A program made the position numbers and the translations under genes. The notes under the pieces were generated by a model that saw only the letters and a list, made by a program, of their open reading frames with translations, did no database searches and had not been told where the DNA came from. This document shows positions 8,020 through 18,045 of a DNA stretch of 64,000 nucleotides, one piece after another (the stretch's first letter is position 1; each line of letters opens with the position of its first letter). Origin of the DNA: a virus; the IMG/VR virus record IMGVR_UViG_3300023082_000010, positions 1 to 64,000 of that record; one strand, given 5' to 3'.

Positions 8020-8293
8020 AATGAGTGAAGAAGAAATCCACGATCTTGTTGAACGTGGTGGATTGGACGATGATATGTTCTTCAGCCTACATGAAGAAGC
8101 ACAAGAGCAGATCAATAAGACTGAATCAGCTTATAATGCTGTCATTGGGTATATGCTTGGTAAAGGTTATTGTGAAGAGCCCTTAAGTTTTTTACGCTGC
8201 TGGAACGAAGGTAACTTTGACGCATTGCGTGAAGAGTGGCCTGATGCACCAGAAGAGATTTACTTTGCTGATCCATTGTATAAAGGTAATTAA
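8006..8293 (+). CDS. hypothetical protein
   Basis: 95-aa ORF in a tandem array of small genes. Confidence 0.65.
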   Translation: MSYLKMSEEEIHDLVERGGLDDDMFFSLHEEAQEQINKTESAYNAVIGYMLGKGYCEEPLSFLRCWNEGNFDALREEWPDAPEEIYFADPLYKGN

Positions 8294-8294
8294 T

Positions 8295-8528
8295 ATGCGT
8301 GATGAAATGAGTCAATATTCTGGTGTGGCTAATTCCTACAAAGATTTCCCATTGTCTGCCTTGCGTCAGATGCAGAGTATTCTTGAGTGGGAAATAGAAC
8401 AAAGACTATTGAGTTTTGGTGAGATTAAGGTGGAGAAAGATCTGGGCAAGCTAGGAGACGTTGAAGGCAAACAAACAGTTTTTAGTTGGCAAAACAACGT
8501 AGTTATTGGCAATTTTGGGAGGAAATGA
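8295..8528 (+). CDS. hypothetical protein
   Basis: Likely start MRDEMS at 8295. Confidence 0.55.
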   Translation: MRDEMSQYSGVANSYKDFPLSALRQMQSILEWEIEQRLLSFGEIKVEKDLGKLGDVEGKQTVFSWQNNVVIGNFGRK

Positions 8529-8834
8529 GTGATGATCAACGCTAAAGATGAGTTCTTGGAAGAAGTAGACGGCAAGGAAGTTAAATGTGCCCTTGTCGAG
8601 CATTTCAACGGTAATTTTAGTTTGGTTGTCGGTTATTCGGAAGAGGACTTGAGTCGTTTCTTGTCTGAGCTTGACTTTAATTATGACGATGGATTTGGTG
8701 GACAAGAGTTGTATGGCACCATCTGGTATGAACATGGCACATGGTCTGAACGTGGTGAGTATGATGGTTCTGAGTGGTGGAATCATTGTCGAGTTCCAGA
8801 TATTCCAGAAAGTTTGAACGAAGGTGTACAATGA
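8529..8834 (+). CDS. hypothetical phage protein
   Basis: 101 aa with the aromatic-rich segment YDDGFGGQELYGTIW...WSERGEYDGSEWW. Confidence 0.7.
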   Translation: MMINAKDEFLEEVDGKEVKCALVEHFNGNFSLVVGYSEEDLSRFLSELDFNYDDGFGGQELYGTIWYEHGTWSERGEYDGSEWWNHCRVPDIPESLNEGVQ

Positions 8835-8994
8835 ACAGCACAAGACTAAAATCTCTTACAGCACTATTTAAGGCTATTAAAGAGGAGCAGCCTAGTCAAT
8901 TCGCTGTCACCTCTGAAGTGGATGAGGCTGGAAAAGTGCAATATGTTTATAGTAGGCCGTTTGTTGGTGAGCAAGTTAAAGGAGTAGAGAAATA

Positions 8995-9258
8995 ATGTTT
9001 ACAGCAAAAGATGTTGCTAAGCTAGTTAAAGAAAATGATGAGTGCCCTAATCTGGATTATTTCATTGAAAATTCTCTGGTGAAACAGTTTATGGCAAGTC
9101 CCAAAGCAACAGTATCAGCAGCTATTCTTCGGGTAAATAATTGGACATCAAAAGGTTTTATGTTTGCAATGGTACAGCGAGGTTTTAATGTAGCTTTTGT
9201 AACAGATCAACGCGACGGAGATTTTTACACAATCACATATCCACCACAGGAGCGTTAA
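8995..9258 (+). CDS. hypothetical protein
   Basis: 87-aa ORF, TAATG coupling. Confidence 0.6.
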   Translation: MFTAKDVAKLVKENDECPNLDYFIENSLVKQFMASPKATVSAAILRVNNWTSKGFMFAMVQRGFNVAFVTDQRDGDFYTITYPPQER

Positions 9259-9260
9259 TT

Positions 9261-9464
9261 ATGTTTGTAGATATTAAGAAAGGCTATAGGCAGTACAGCG
9301 AGAAAGAGATTCTTGCGTACGCTCAGTCAGGCGTGCTAGTCTGCGGTGATTATGAACTCGATGACTTCATCACATACCTTATGACAGGCATTGATGAGAT
9401 TATTGATGAGCGAATTCAGCAGGCTCGTGAAGAGTGGCAGAATAGTTGGGATGATGAGCAGTAA
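9261..9464 (+). CDS. hypothetical protein
   Basis: 67-aa ORF with an AGGAG SD. Confidence 0.6.
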   Translation: MFVDIKKGYRQYSEKEILAYAQSGVLVCGDYELDDFITYLMTGIDEIIDERIQQAREEWQNSWDDEQ

Positions 9465-9482
9465 TTTTTAGGGGAGAGGATT

Positions 9483-11342
9483 GTGAGTAACATCCGTAAA
9501 GTTATTGAAAACTATCTAGATGTTACTGGTGATAAATGTTGCTGCCCTTTCCATAAGGAACGCACACCATCGCTAAACATTTTTGATGATACAAATTCAT
9601 TCTATTGCTTTGGTTGTGGTCAATCAGGTGATGAGATTGAATTTGTTAAAGAACATAAAGGGTTAAGCTTTCTTGATGCAGTTAAAGAAGTCTGTTCAAT
9701 TCTTAAAATGACGAAAGAGGAGCTTATGGAAAGTAAAGATAAAGAAAAGGTTGCTGAGAAAGCAGCAATTGAGAACGCCGAAGCTATGGATATTGAAGAA
9801 GTTAAAGCGCTCATCCAATCCACAGGTTATGTTAGCCACGGTTATCGTGGTATTCGTGATGAGATTAATAAGTTCTTTGGTCACTTGAGTAAACTTGATT
9901 CTCACGGCAATGTACTTGCTCGGTACTACCCTGAGACTAATAACAACGGTAAGTTGACACGTTATAAATGCAGAAACACACCAAAAGATTTTAGTCACGG
10001 AAGTTTGGGAAATGGTGGAAGTAAAAGTCAACTAAGCGGGCAAGTTAAATTCAAGTCCCCGGCTAAGTACGTGCTCTACGTTGGCGGCGAAGAGGATAAA
10101 GCAGCAGCTTTTCAGATGCTTAAGGACAATCGCAAAGATCAAGATTTTGATCCTATCCCCGTAGTAAGCTCTACAGTGGGTGAGTTGACAGCTGCTAAAC
10201 AAGCCGCTCAACAGTATGAGTGGTTTGATATGTATGATATTATCATCATTGGGATGGATAATGATGAAGCTGGACGTGCTGCTGCAAAGAAAGTTGCAGA
10301 TGTATTACCTAAAGAGAAAGTACGGATTGCTACGTGGTCGGGCAAAGATCCAAATCAGATGCTTATCGATGGTAAAGAAAAGCAGTTTGTTCGTGACTTC
10401 TACAATGCTAAAGAGTTCATCAGCAGTGGTATTTCATCTTCTGGCGATGCTGAAGCCGGGTTGGCTGAATTCTTGACAGCACCTAAGATTGGCTTGCCAC
10501 CACAACTGAGTAAACTTGAAGCAGCAATGCGAGGAGGCATTAAATCCACTGGTTCAGTTGTCAATATTATCGGTGACACGAGTATTGGTAAGAGCTTTCT
10601 GTCTGATACGTTGATCTATCATTGGTTGTTCAATAGTCCTCGTGTTCCAACTATTGTCAGTCTTGAGCGTACAAAGGAAGAATTGACAATTGATTTGCTG
10701 TCAATGCATCTTAAGAAAAACCTGATGTGGTTCACAGATGGTCATGATGCTGTTGACTATTTGAATCAACCAGAAGTGCAAGTGTTAAAGAATAATCTTT
10801 TGTACAATGATGCTGGAGAGCCACGCTTTTTCATCATTGATGAGCGAGAGGGTGAGATTGAACTTCTTAAACGTCAGATGGAAAAGAGTGGTAAGGTGAA
10901 TGATTCACGGTTGATGGTGATTGATCCACTAACAGACTTCTTGCGATCTTTGGGTACAGAGGTTCAAGAAAACTTCATGATGTGGCAGAAGCTACAAAAG
11001 AAAAATGGGTTTGTATTCATTAACATTCTTCATACTCGCAAGCCTCCAACTGACAAAGATGGTAATGTGCGTAAAGTAACCGAATATGATGCGTTAGGGT
11101 CGGGGACATTTATTCAGTCAGCAGACGTGAACATTGTGATCAATCGTGATAAAATGGCTAGTGATCCGATTGAGAAAAATACTACGTATGTTGACATGCC
11201 AAAGTGTCGTGGGGGTATCACCGGTGAGATTTGTGCGCTATACTATGACGCTGAAACTCGTCAGCAGTATGATCGTGATGAGTATTTTGATCGTCAGGTA
11301 GATGAACCACCGCAACATCATGCGGATGAGATTGATTTTTAA
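9483..11342 (+). CDS. DNA primase-helicase
   Basis: CHC2 Zn finger (CPFH...CFGC), TOPRIM (GGEED, MDNDEAG), SF4 helicase Walker A GDTSIGKS and VIDP. Confidence 0.92.
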   Translation: MSNIRKVIENYLDVTGDKCCCPFHKERTPSLNIFDDTNSFYCFGCGQSGDEIEFVKEHKGLSFLDAVKEVCSILKMTKEELMESKDKEKVAEKAAIENAEAMDIEEVKALIQSTGYVSHGYRGIRDEINKFFGHLSKLDSHGNVLARYYPETNNNGKLTRYKCRNTPKDFSHGSLGNGGSKSQLSGQVKFKSPAKYVLYVGGEEDKAAAFQMLKDNRKDQDFDPIPVVSSTVGELTAAKQAAQQYEWFDMYDIIIIGMDNDEAGRAAAKKVADVLPKEKVRIATWSGKDPNQMLIDGKEKQFVRDFYNAKEFISSGISSSGDAEAGLAEFLTAPKIGLPPQLSKLEAAMRGGIKSTGSVVNIIGDTSIGKSFLSDTLIYHWLFNSPRVPTIVSLERTKEELTIDLLSMHLKKNLMWFTDGHDAVDYLNQPEVQVLKNNLLYNDAGEPRFFIIDEREGEIELLKRQMEKSGKVNDSRLMVIDPLTDFLRSLGTEVQENFMMWQKLQKKNGFVFINILHTRKPPTDKDGNVRKVTEYDALGSGTFIQSADVNIVINRDKMASDPIEKNTTYVDMPKCRGGITGEICALYYDAETRQQYDRDEYFDRQVDEPPQHHADEIDF

Positions 11343-11352
11343 GGAGAAGGTT

Positions 11353-13530
11353 TTGGATAAGAAGTGGTATGAATCAGATTTCATTTACGATCTCGAAAGT
11401 TACCCGAATGTATTCTCTATGAGCATCGTTCATGCTTCGGGTAAACATATGCGAGTCTTTGAGATTAGCGACCGTAAGAATGAGATTGAAGGGATTGCTA
11501 AATGCTTGCGGTATCTGGTTCAGAATAAATGTCGTATGGTAGGTTTCAATAATCTCTCATACGACTACACTCTTATCCATGAAATCGTAAAGTCTTTGAA
11601 AGAAGCTAAGGAGACAGGTAAAGCTCCAAAGATCACTGCCCAAAAGCTTTACAATTTAACAACACAAATCATTACAAAGATGCAAAATTCTGATGATAAG
11701 TGGTATGGGATTAAAGAGTCTGATCATTTTATTCAGCAAGTGGATTTGTATAAGATTCACCATATGGATAATATTGCAAAGGCTACATCGTTGAAAATGC
11801 TTGAAGTGAATATGCGGTCTACTAACGTAGAGGATTTACCATTCCCTGTTGGTAAAAAACTTTCAAGCTCAGAGATTGATACACTGCTTTATTACAACCA
11901 ACACGATGTAAAAGAAACGCTTAAGTTTTACTACTACTCTTATGAGGCTATTGAACTTCGGAAAGAATTGTCAGAGAAGTTTGGTTTTGACTGCACAAAT
12001 TCAAGTGATTCTAAGATTGGTGAAACTCTCTTTATTAATCGACTTGAGCAGGCACAGAAAGGTTTGTGTTATACCACAGGGAAGTTTGGACGTAAGATTA
12101 ATCAGACAAAACGAGATACTATTCCTCTGAAGGAATGTCTCTTTAAGTATCTGAAGTTTGAACGTCCAGAGTTCAAGGCTGTGCATCAGTGGTTGATGGG
12201 TCAGACTGTCAGTGAAACAAAAGGTGTGTTCAATGATTACGAGGAGCACCAAATTGGTGAGCTTGCTAAATACGCTCAGATGAAAACTAAGAAGGTGCTG
12301 TTCAAGAATAAGTTAAATCTGGATAAGAACGGTAAAGCTAAACCAGACTTTGATTTTACAGATATCAATCACCTTGAAGAGCTTCAGAATCAAAAAGAGT
12401 TGTTCCTTAAAGAACATCCTATGGGATTGTTTGAGGAGAAAGAAACAAAGACTTCGCGTTCACACAAGATTAAAGTAAGCGGTACATACCGTGTAGTTGA
12501 GGCAATCAACACAGTTATTGATGATAAAGTGTATGTCTATGGTACTGGTGGTATCCATATGTCTATTGAAAGTCAGACTGTTAGGTCTGATGATGAATGG
12601 ATGATTCTGGACGCCGATGTCACCTCGATGTACCCGAGCATTAGTATTGCTAACAATGTTTATCCTGAGCACTTAGGTCAAACATTTTGTAAGGTGTACA
12701 AGGATCTGTTTAATGAACGTGGTCGATACCCTAAAGGCAGTGGTCCAAACGGTGCTATTAAGCTTGCATTGAACTCTGTCTATGGTAAGTCCAATAGCGA
12801 GTTTAGTCCGCTTTATGACCCTAAATATACCCTGACAATCACGCTTAATGGTCAACTCTGTTTGTCTATGCTTGCAGAACAATTGATTGGTTTGGGTTGT
12901 CAGATGATTCAATGTAATACGGATGGTGTGACAGCTTTGGTTCCACGTAGTAAGGAGGCTGAGTATTATGCAATCACAAAAGCTTGGGAAGAAACCGTTG
13001 GACTTAAGCTTGAGTATGCTGTATATTCAATGATGGCACTGGGAAATGTTAATAATTACGTAGCGGTTTATGAAGATGGTAAGGTGAAAAGTAAAGGACA
13101 GTATGAGGTTGCTCACTTTGAGAAGCTTGGATGGTCTAAGAATCACTCTGCAATGATTGTGGCTAAAGCTGCACTTGAGTATATTGTTTATGGAGTGGAT
13201 ATTGAAAAAACTATTCGCGATTGCAAAGACGAGTATGATTTCTGTCTTCGTGCGAAAATTCCACGTAGCTCACAGCTTTATTTGTGTTATGAAGATGGTC
13301 GTGAAGTACAACAGCAAAACATCTGCCGATATTATCCATCGGAACAAGGTGGTAAGTTGGTCAAGTTGATGCCTGCCCTGATTAAAGGTGGTGACTGGCG
13401 TAGGCTTGGACTGGACACTGAATGGAAAGTCGAGACGTGCAACAATATTGCTGAATTTGATTGGAATAAACTCAACTATGATTATTACATCAAAGAGGCT
13501 CAAAAACTAATCGATGGTGTGGGGATGTGA
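11353..13530 (+). CDS. DNA polymerase, family B-type, with 3'-5' exonuclease
   Basis: ExoI YDLESY; motif A DADVTSMYPS; motif B KLALNSVYGK; motif C NTDG. Probable TTG start at 11353 after AAGGAG. Confidence 0.9.
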   Translation: MDKKWYESDFIYDLESYPNVFSMSIVHASGKHMRVFEISDRKNEIEGIAKCLRYLVQNKCRMVGFNNLSYDYTLIHEIVKSLKEAKETGKAPKITAQKLYNLTTQIITKMQNSDDKWYGIKESDHFIQQVDLYKIHHMDNIAKATSLKMLEVNMRSTNVEDLPFPVGKKLSSSEIDTLLYYNQHDVKETLKFYYYSYEAIELRKELSEKFGFDCTNSSDSKIGETLFINRLEQAQKGLCYTTGKFGRKINQTKRDTIPLKECLFKYLKFERPEFKAVHQWLMGQTVSETKGVFNDYEEHQIGELAKYAQMKTKKVLFKNKLNLDKNGKAKPDFDFTDINHLEELQNQKELFLKEHPMGLFEEKETKTSRSHKIKVSGTYRVVEAINTVIDDKVYVYGTGGIHMSIESQTVRSDDEWMILDADVTSMYPSISIANNVYPEHLGQTFCKVYKDLFNERGRYPKGSGPNGAIKLALNSVYGKSNSEFSPLYDPKYTLTITLNGQLCLSMLAEQLIGLGCQMIQCNTDGVTALVPRSKEAEYYAITKAWEETVGLKLEYAVYSMMALGNVNNYVAVYEDGKVKSKGQYEVAHFEKLGWSKNHSAMIVAKAALEYIVYGVDIEKTIRDCKDEYDFCLRAKIPRSSQLYLCYEDGREVQQQNICRYYPSEQGGKLVKLMPALIKGGDWRRLGLDTEWKVETCNNIAEFDWNKLNYDYYIKEAQKLIDGVGM

Positions 13531-13593
13531 AATAAAAGCTTGATTTATAAAATTAGGTTTGTTATTATTCTAAAGAGGAGCGTGTTAATAAAA

Positions 13594-14118
13594 ATGAAAA
13601 TTTTAGATGTAGAGTTTTTAAAAGATAGATTTGATTATGATCCTGAAACTGGTAAACTATTTTGGAAAGAAATTAATCAAATAAATACAAATCTTAGAAG
13701 AAGTCAGTTCGCTGGAAAAGAAGCTGGTTATGAGTATCAAGGTTATATTTATGTCCGAATCGGGAAAAGTAACTATTTATCACATAGGATTTGTTATGCC
13801 ATTTACAACGAGGAATTTCCAAAAGGTATTATAGATCATATTGATGGTAATAAGAAAAATAATAAAATTGAAAACTTAAGGGTTTGCACTCCGGCAGAGA
13901 ATGCTAAAAACGCAAAAAGATATTTGACTAATAAATCAGGAATAACAGGAGTTAGGTGGGATAAAAAAGATAACGCGTGGAGAGTTCAAATAGGTAGCAA
14001 TGATGGAAAAGTGCAAAAATCTTTTCATGATTTCTTTGAGGCTTGTTGCTTTAGGAAGTCAATGGAATTAAAATTAGAATATTCATTAAATCATGGTACA
14101 GACAGAGAAGGTAAATAA
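13594..14118 (+). CDS. HNH homing endonuclease with AP2-like C-terminal domain
   Basis: HRI...IDHIDGNKKNNKIENLR, then NKSGITGVRW; AT-rich insertion after pol. Confidence 0.85.
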   Translation: MKILDVEFLKDRFDYDPETGKLFWKEINQINTNLRRSQFAGKEAGYEYQGYIYVRIGKSNYLSHRICYAIYNEEFPKGIIDHIDGNKKNNKIENLRVCTPAENAKNAKRYLTNKSGITGVRWDKKDNAWRVQIGSNDGKVQKSFHDFFEACCFRKSMELKLEYSLNHGTDREGK

Positions 14119-14383
14119 ATATGAAAAGTAATTTTAAATATAGTTATAAAATTGTAGCTAAGTTAGAATGTATTACGGAAGGATTAGCTACTAGAAGTGT
14201 TGCGCGTAATGAGTTGCGTGAGGTCAAGGCAATGGGTTATGCTGATGCAAAGATTGTTCGGGAAGAATACCTGTTGGTTAATACACGACAAGTGCGATAG
14301 AATTTGTCTTAGGACAGATAAAGCAACAAATATCTCACAATAATGTGAACTAAACTTAATACACACCAAATAGAGAAAATTAA

Positions 14384-15106
14384 ATGACTAACAAAACAGA
14401 AGTGATCGTTCGTAACCTGCCTAAATCTGGCACATTGGAAACGGCCAACGTTTACATCAAAAATGCTGTAGTGTTCTACGCAGCTGTGCATGAACCAAAG
14501 CTGAAGTATCAATCTGTAGACAAAGAGTTTAGTGCAACAGTCTTTGTGGATGAAGATGCTAAGGACAATTTGCTTGATGTAGTGATGGTTAACAAAAACT
14601 TTGCACAGGTTGGGATTACCAAGACGAGCAAGCCACCTCGGAAGATTAAATACGCCTTGTCCTCGCAAGTAGAGGAAGGTAAAGCTAACTATGATCTGGT
14701 AGATGGTCTGTGGGGTTTCAACATTGCTAAACCACAATTTAGCAAGAAGGGGGCACCAATGAGTGTTAATGTCATTGATACTGAAGGCAACGCATTTACT
14801 GAGAATGTCGGTAATGGTAGCGTTGTTAACTTGAAACTGTTCGGATACAAGAATCAGGACGGTCAACTAACAGTTACCCTTGATACCATGCAAGTAGTTG
14901 AGCACATTGCATATGAAGGCAAAGGTTCTTCTGATGAAGTAGTTGATGATGTGTTGGGTAGCTACAAGGTTAAGAAGGCTGAGGCTAAAGTGGCAGCTGA
15001 TCCTGTTGAGGAGAAAGAGGAGGCTGTGTCAGTCAAACCAAAAGCTAAGGCTGCTCCACAACCAGCACCAGACTTTGACAGCTTCGATGAAAATATTCCT
15101 TTTTGA
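14384..15106 (+). CDS. single-stranded DNA-binding protein (T7 gp2.5-like)
   Basis: VGNGSVVN motif, acidic tail ending FDENIPF, position in the replication module. Confidence 0.7.
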   Translation: MTNKTEVIVRNLPKSGTLETANVYIKNAVVFYAAVHEPKLKYQSVDKEFSATVFVDEDAKDNLLDVVMVNKNFAQVGITKTSKPPRKIKYALSSQVEEGKANYDLVDGLWGFNIAKPQFSKKGAPMSVNVIDTEGNAFTENVGNGSVVNLKLFGYKNQDGQLTVTLDTMQVVEHIAYEGKGSSDEVVDDVLGSYKVKKAEAKVAADPVEEKEEAVSVKPKAKAAPQPAPDFDSFDENIPF

Positions 15107-15114
15107 GGTAGGAT

Positions 15115-15627
15115 ATGGAATGTAAGAATTGTGGTCTTGAAAAAGACCCTTCTCTTTTCTACAACGGAATCAAGTCTGAGTGTAAGGAATGTGTTAAGGC
15201 TAGAACCAAACGTAATAGGAAAGAGAAAGAAGAGTATTATAAAGAGTACGATCGTAACAGACCAAATGCTACAGAAAGGTCAAAGAAACAAAGTTTTAAA
15301 GTTTGGGAACGAGTAAAGAAAGATGAGGAATTTAAAGAAAGAATCTTTAAAACTAAATCTGATTGGGCAAAAAGGAATCAAGAAAAACGTAAAGCTCAAT
15401 ATGCCATTAGTAATGGACTTCGTGATGGTTATGTGGTTAGGGCAGATTCTTGTGAACACTGTGGAACTTCTGAAAAGAAAATCCAAGGTCATCATTGGTC
15501 TTACTTGCCTGAACATTGGCTAGACGTTATTTGGCTTTGTACAAGCTGCCACGGTAAAGAACACAAACGTTTAAACGAACTGGGACGTGATCCCGACAAT
15601 CAAATTAAAGAGGAAAATGTAGCATGA
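15115..15627 (+). CDS. Zn-binding HNH endonuclease
   Basis: CKNC...CKEC and CEHC...GHHWSY...VIWLCTSCHGKEH. Confidence 0.75.
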   Translation: MECKNCGLEKDPSLFYNGIKSECKECVKARTKRNRKEKEEYYKEYDRNRPNATERSKKQSFKVWERVKKDEEFKERIFKTKSDWAKRNQEKRKAQYAISNGLRDGYVVRADSCEHCGTSEKKIQGHHWSYLPEHWLDVIWLCTSCHGKEHKRLNELGRDPDNQIKEENVA

Positions 15628-15872
15628 AAGAACGTCAATCGCTGTATAATCGTGCTTACCAACTGGCCCAAGAAGCTATCACTAATAAAGAAGACGTGAA
15701 AGAACTGATCGGTGAGTTCAGTTACGATAAAGAATACAACACTGCCGGGTTTGACAAAGCTGAAGTGAAAGATATTGTCAAGGCTGCTACTGCGAAAGCT
15801 AAGCAAGATAACTTGGCAGAGAAAGTTGAAGAACTTAATAAGCTGCAACAGATTCAGGAAGCATATAGCTGA
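15624..15872 (+). CDS. small helical protein, possibly a T4 DsbA/GapR-like dsDNA-binding protein
   Basis: 82 aa; EDVKELI.E......GFD...V..IVK pattern. Confidence 0.4.
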   Translation: MKERQSLYNRAYQLAQEAITNKEDVKELIGEFSYDKEYNTAGFDKAEVKDIVKAATAKAKQDNLAEKVEELNKLQQIQEAYS

Positions 15873-15880
15873 TTTTGATT

Positions 15881-15902
15881 GCCCCGAAAGGGGCTTTCTT
15901 TT
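15881..15902 (+). terminator. rho-independent terminator
   Basis: GCCCC-GAAA-GGGGC followed by TTTCTTTT. Confidence 0.8.
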
Positions 15903-15917
15903 AGGAGTTAGATATGT

Positions 15918-16874
15918 ATGGCAAAGAAACCAATCTGCGTGATTGACGGAGACCTTTTAGCATTTAAAGCGTCTGCTGCAAATGAAACTCGGGGCATCAT
16001 TGCATTGCACAAACCAAGTAATAGAAGTCGTGCATTCAAACACCGTACAGAGTTTAAAGAATTTATTGGCGAGAAGTTCCCACTTGATGATTTTGATATC
16101 TCAGATACACAAGTGACAGAAGATATCTCTCACGCTTTGTTCACAGTTAAACGAATGATTGAAAGTATTTGTGAGACATGTAAGACTGATAAGTATGAGA
16201 TTTATATCAGTGGAAAGGACAACTTCAGAGATGAGCTACCCTTGCCTCAGAAGTACAAAGGAAACCGTTTAAACCTTGTAAAACCCCTACAACTTAAAGA
16301 AGTTATGGAGTATCTGAAGGGTGTTCACAAGGCTGAAGTGGTGATTGGTGAGGCCGACGATAGAATTTCTATCCGTCAGTATGAGGGGATTAAATCAAAG
16401 ACTAAAGTGATTGGTTGTTCGACAGATAAAGATAGTATGGGCACTGACGGTTGGGTTTACAACTGGGATAAGATGTCAGAACCAATGCTTGTGAAAGGAC
16501 TAGGTGATCTGTACATTGATGAGAAGAATAAAGTCAGAGGCCATGGAAGTAAGTGGAAATATCTTCAGTGGCTTGTGGGTGATTCTATTGATGGTCTAAA
16601 TCCTTGCTATCTTGCTGGTGTTAAGTTTGGTGAAAAGGCTGGTTACAAGATTCTCAAAGATCTAACAACAGAGCAAGAGTGCTGGCAAGCAGTTCACGAC
16701 ACTTACAAGTCTTGGTATCCGGTTGAGGTGGAGTATGTAGATCAATGTGGTCGACCTCAAGTTGCGGACTACTTGAAGCTTGCACAAGTGTATTGGGATG
16801 GTATTCACATGTTGAGGTTTGAGGGTGACTTTGTAGATGTGCGTGAAGTTATGTTGAAGATGGGGATTGTATGA
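15918..16874 (+). CDS. 5'-3' exonuclease (T7 gp6/FEN-like)
   Basis: IDGDLLAF, NFR, YKGNR, EADD, DKD and GDSIDG motifs. Confidence 0.88.
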   Translation: MAKKPICVIDGDLLAFKASAANETRGIIALHKPSNRSRAFKHRTEFKEFIGEKFPLDDFDISDTQVTEDISHALFTVKRMIESICETCKTDKYEIYISGKDNFRDELPLPQKYKGNRLNLVKPLQLKEVMEYLKGVHKAEVVIGEADDRISIRQYEGIKSKTKVIGCSTDKDSMGTDGWVYNWDKMSEPMLVKGLGDLYIDEKNKVRGHGSKWKYLQWLVGDSIDGLNPCYLAGVKFGEKAGYKILKDLTTEQECWQAVHDTYKSWYPVEVEYVDQCGRPQVADYLKLAQVYWDGIHMLRFEGDFVDVREVMLKMGIV

Positions 16875-17392
16875 AAGAGCCTTGGAAACAAAGCCCTGAT
16901 GTGTGGCCCACGAAGTCTAGCTTTTTCACTTGGCTGAGGGGCGCACTTAGGAAATCCATTTGGCAATTCTACCCTCCAAAGATGCAGTTTAAGAATGAAG
17001 GATGTTCTAAGCCACCAGAAGATTACAAAGGACGTGCTAAGTCTGGAGCCTATTGTGAACTTACTGGTGAGTGGACTGGGAAGTCTTTGTTGGAAGTAGA
17101 TCACCGCATTGGTAATGTAAAGTTCACCGAGTGGGAAGATGTCCTACCTTTCATTCTGCATCTGTGTTGTGATAAAGATGAAATGGCCTTGGTTAATAAA
17201 GAGGCACATAAAATCAAGAGTTATGCTGAGAGAATGGGGATTACTTTTGAAGAGGCAGTTATTCAAAAAGAAATTATTGCAATCTGCAAGTCGAAGAAGG
17301 ATAGCATTTGGCTTAGAGAACATGGTATTATCCCAGCCTCTACAGCCGCTAAAAGACGAAAACAGATAGAGGAGTATATGAAGAATGAGTGA
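16871..17392 (+). CDS. putative HNH-type endonuclease of the replication module
   Basis: WLRGALRK...YCELTG...LEVDH...H.IKS; directly follows the exonuclease. Confidence 0.6.
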   Translation: MKEPWKQSPDVWPTKSSFFTWLRGALRKSIWQFYPPKMQFKNEGCSKPPEDYKGRAKSGAYCELTGEWTGKSLLEVDHRIGNVKFTEWEDVLPFILHLCCDKDEMALVNKEAHKIKSYAERMGITFEEAVIQKEIIAICKSKKDSIWLREHGIIPASTAAKRRKQIEEYMKNE

Positions 17393-17687
17393 CATGGAAG
17401 CTGTAAAAGTAACTTTGCAACGTATGGCACCACTACACGAATCATGTCACCTCAAAGCAGTTCAGGAAATTGAAGATGACTATGACCGCCATTTGTATTG
17501 CGAAAAGAATAAACTCAAATACTTGAACGGTGTCATCTACTCAGCGACTATTGAAGAGCTTGATCCTTATGGTTTTATAACTAAAACAGAGAATGAAAAT
17601 GGCTCAACAGAAATTGTTGCACTCTGGTATAACGGTGGAGCTTCGCTTAATGAAATTCTGGAAGAGGGTTTGAGGAATGACGTCTGA
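17385..17687 (+). CDS. hypothetical protein
   Basis: 100-aa coupled ORF. Confidence 0.6.
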   Translation: MSDMEAVKVTLQRMAPLHESCHLKAVQEIEDDYDRHLYCEKNKLKYLNGVIYSATIEELDPYGFITKTENENGSTEIVALWYNGGASLNEILEEGLRNDV

Positions 17688-17886
17688 CAGAGATATTGAT
17701 GAACTCTTTCGCAAATTCACTGAGCTTGATGCTGAGCTGAAAGAATTGAAGAAGGAAGTGTCTGAGATTAAATGGTATCAGCAGCATGGTACAAAAGGTA
17801 CTGTTGCATATTCTGCTGCTTATTTGCAACCATCAACAAAACCTAGTTGGCCTATACCGCAATGGGAAGAGGATCTGGAGAAATGA
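17677..17886 (+). CDS. hypothetical protein
   Basis: 69-aa coupled ORF with a GAGG SD. Confidence 0.55.
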   Translation: MTSDRDIDELFRKFTELDAELKELKKEVSEIKWYQQHGTKGTVAYSAAYLQPSTKPSWPIPQWEEDLEK

Positions 17887-18045
17887 AAACTACACTGTTG
17901 AATGTTTATCAATACCTAGCAACACACCACATCTGCACATTTGAAAGTATTGTGCAATATTATGTGTTTGCATATGTTTATTTGAACAACATTGGCTTGT
18001 TGAGTGTTGTGGTAGGGCAATTTAATTAATTTAAGGGGAAGTATT

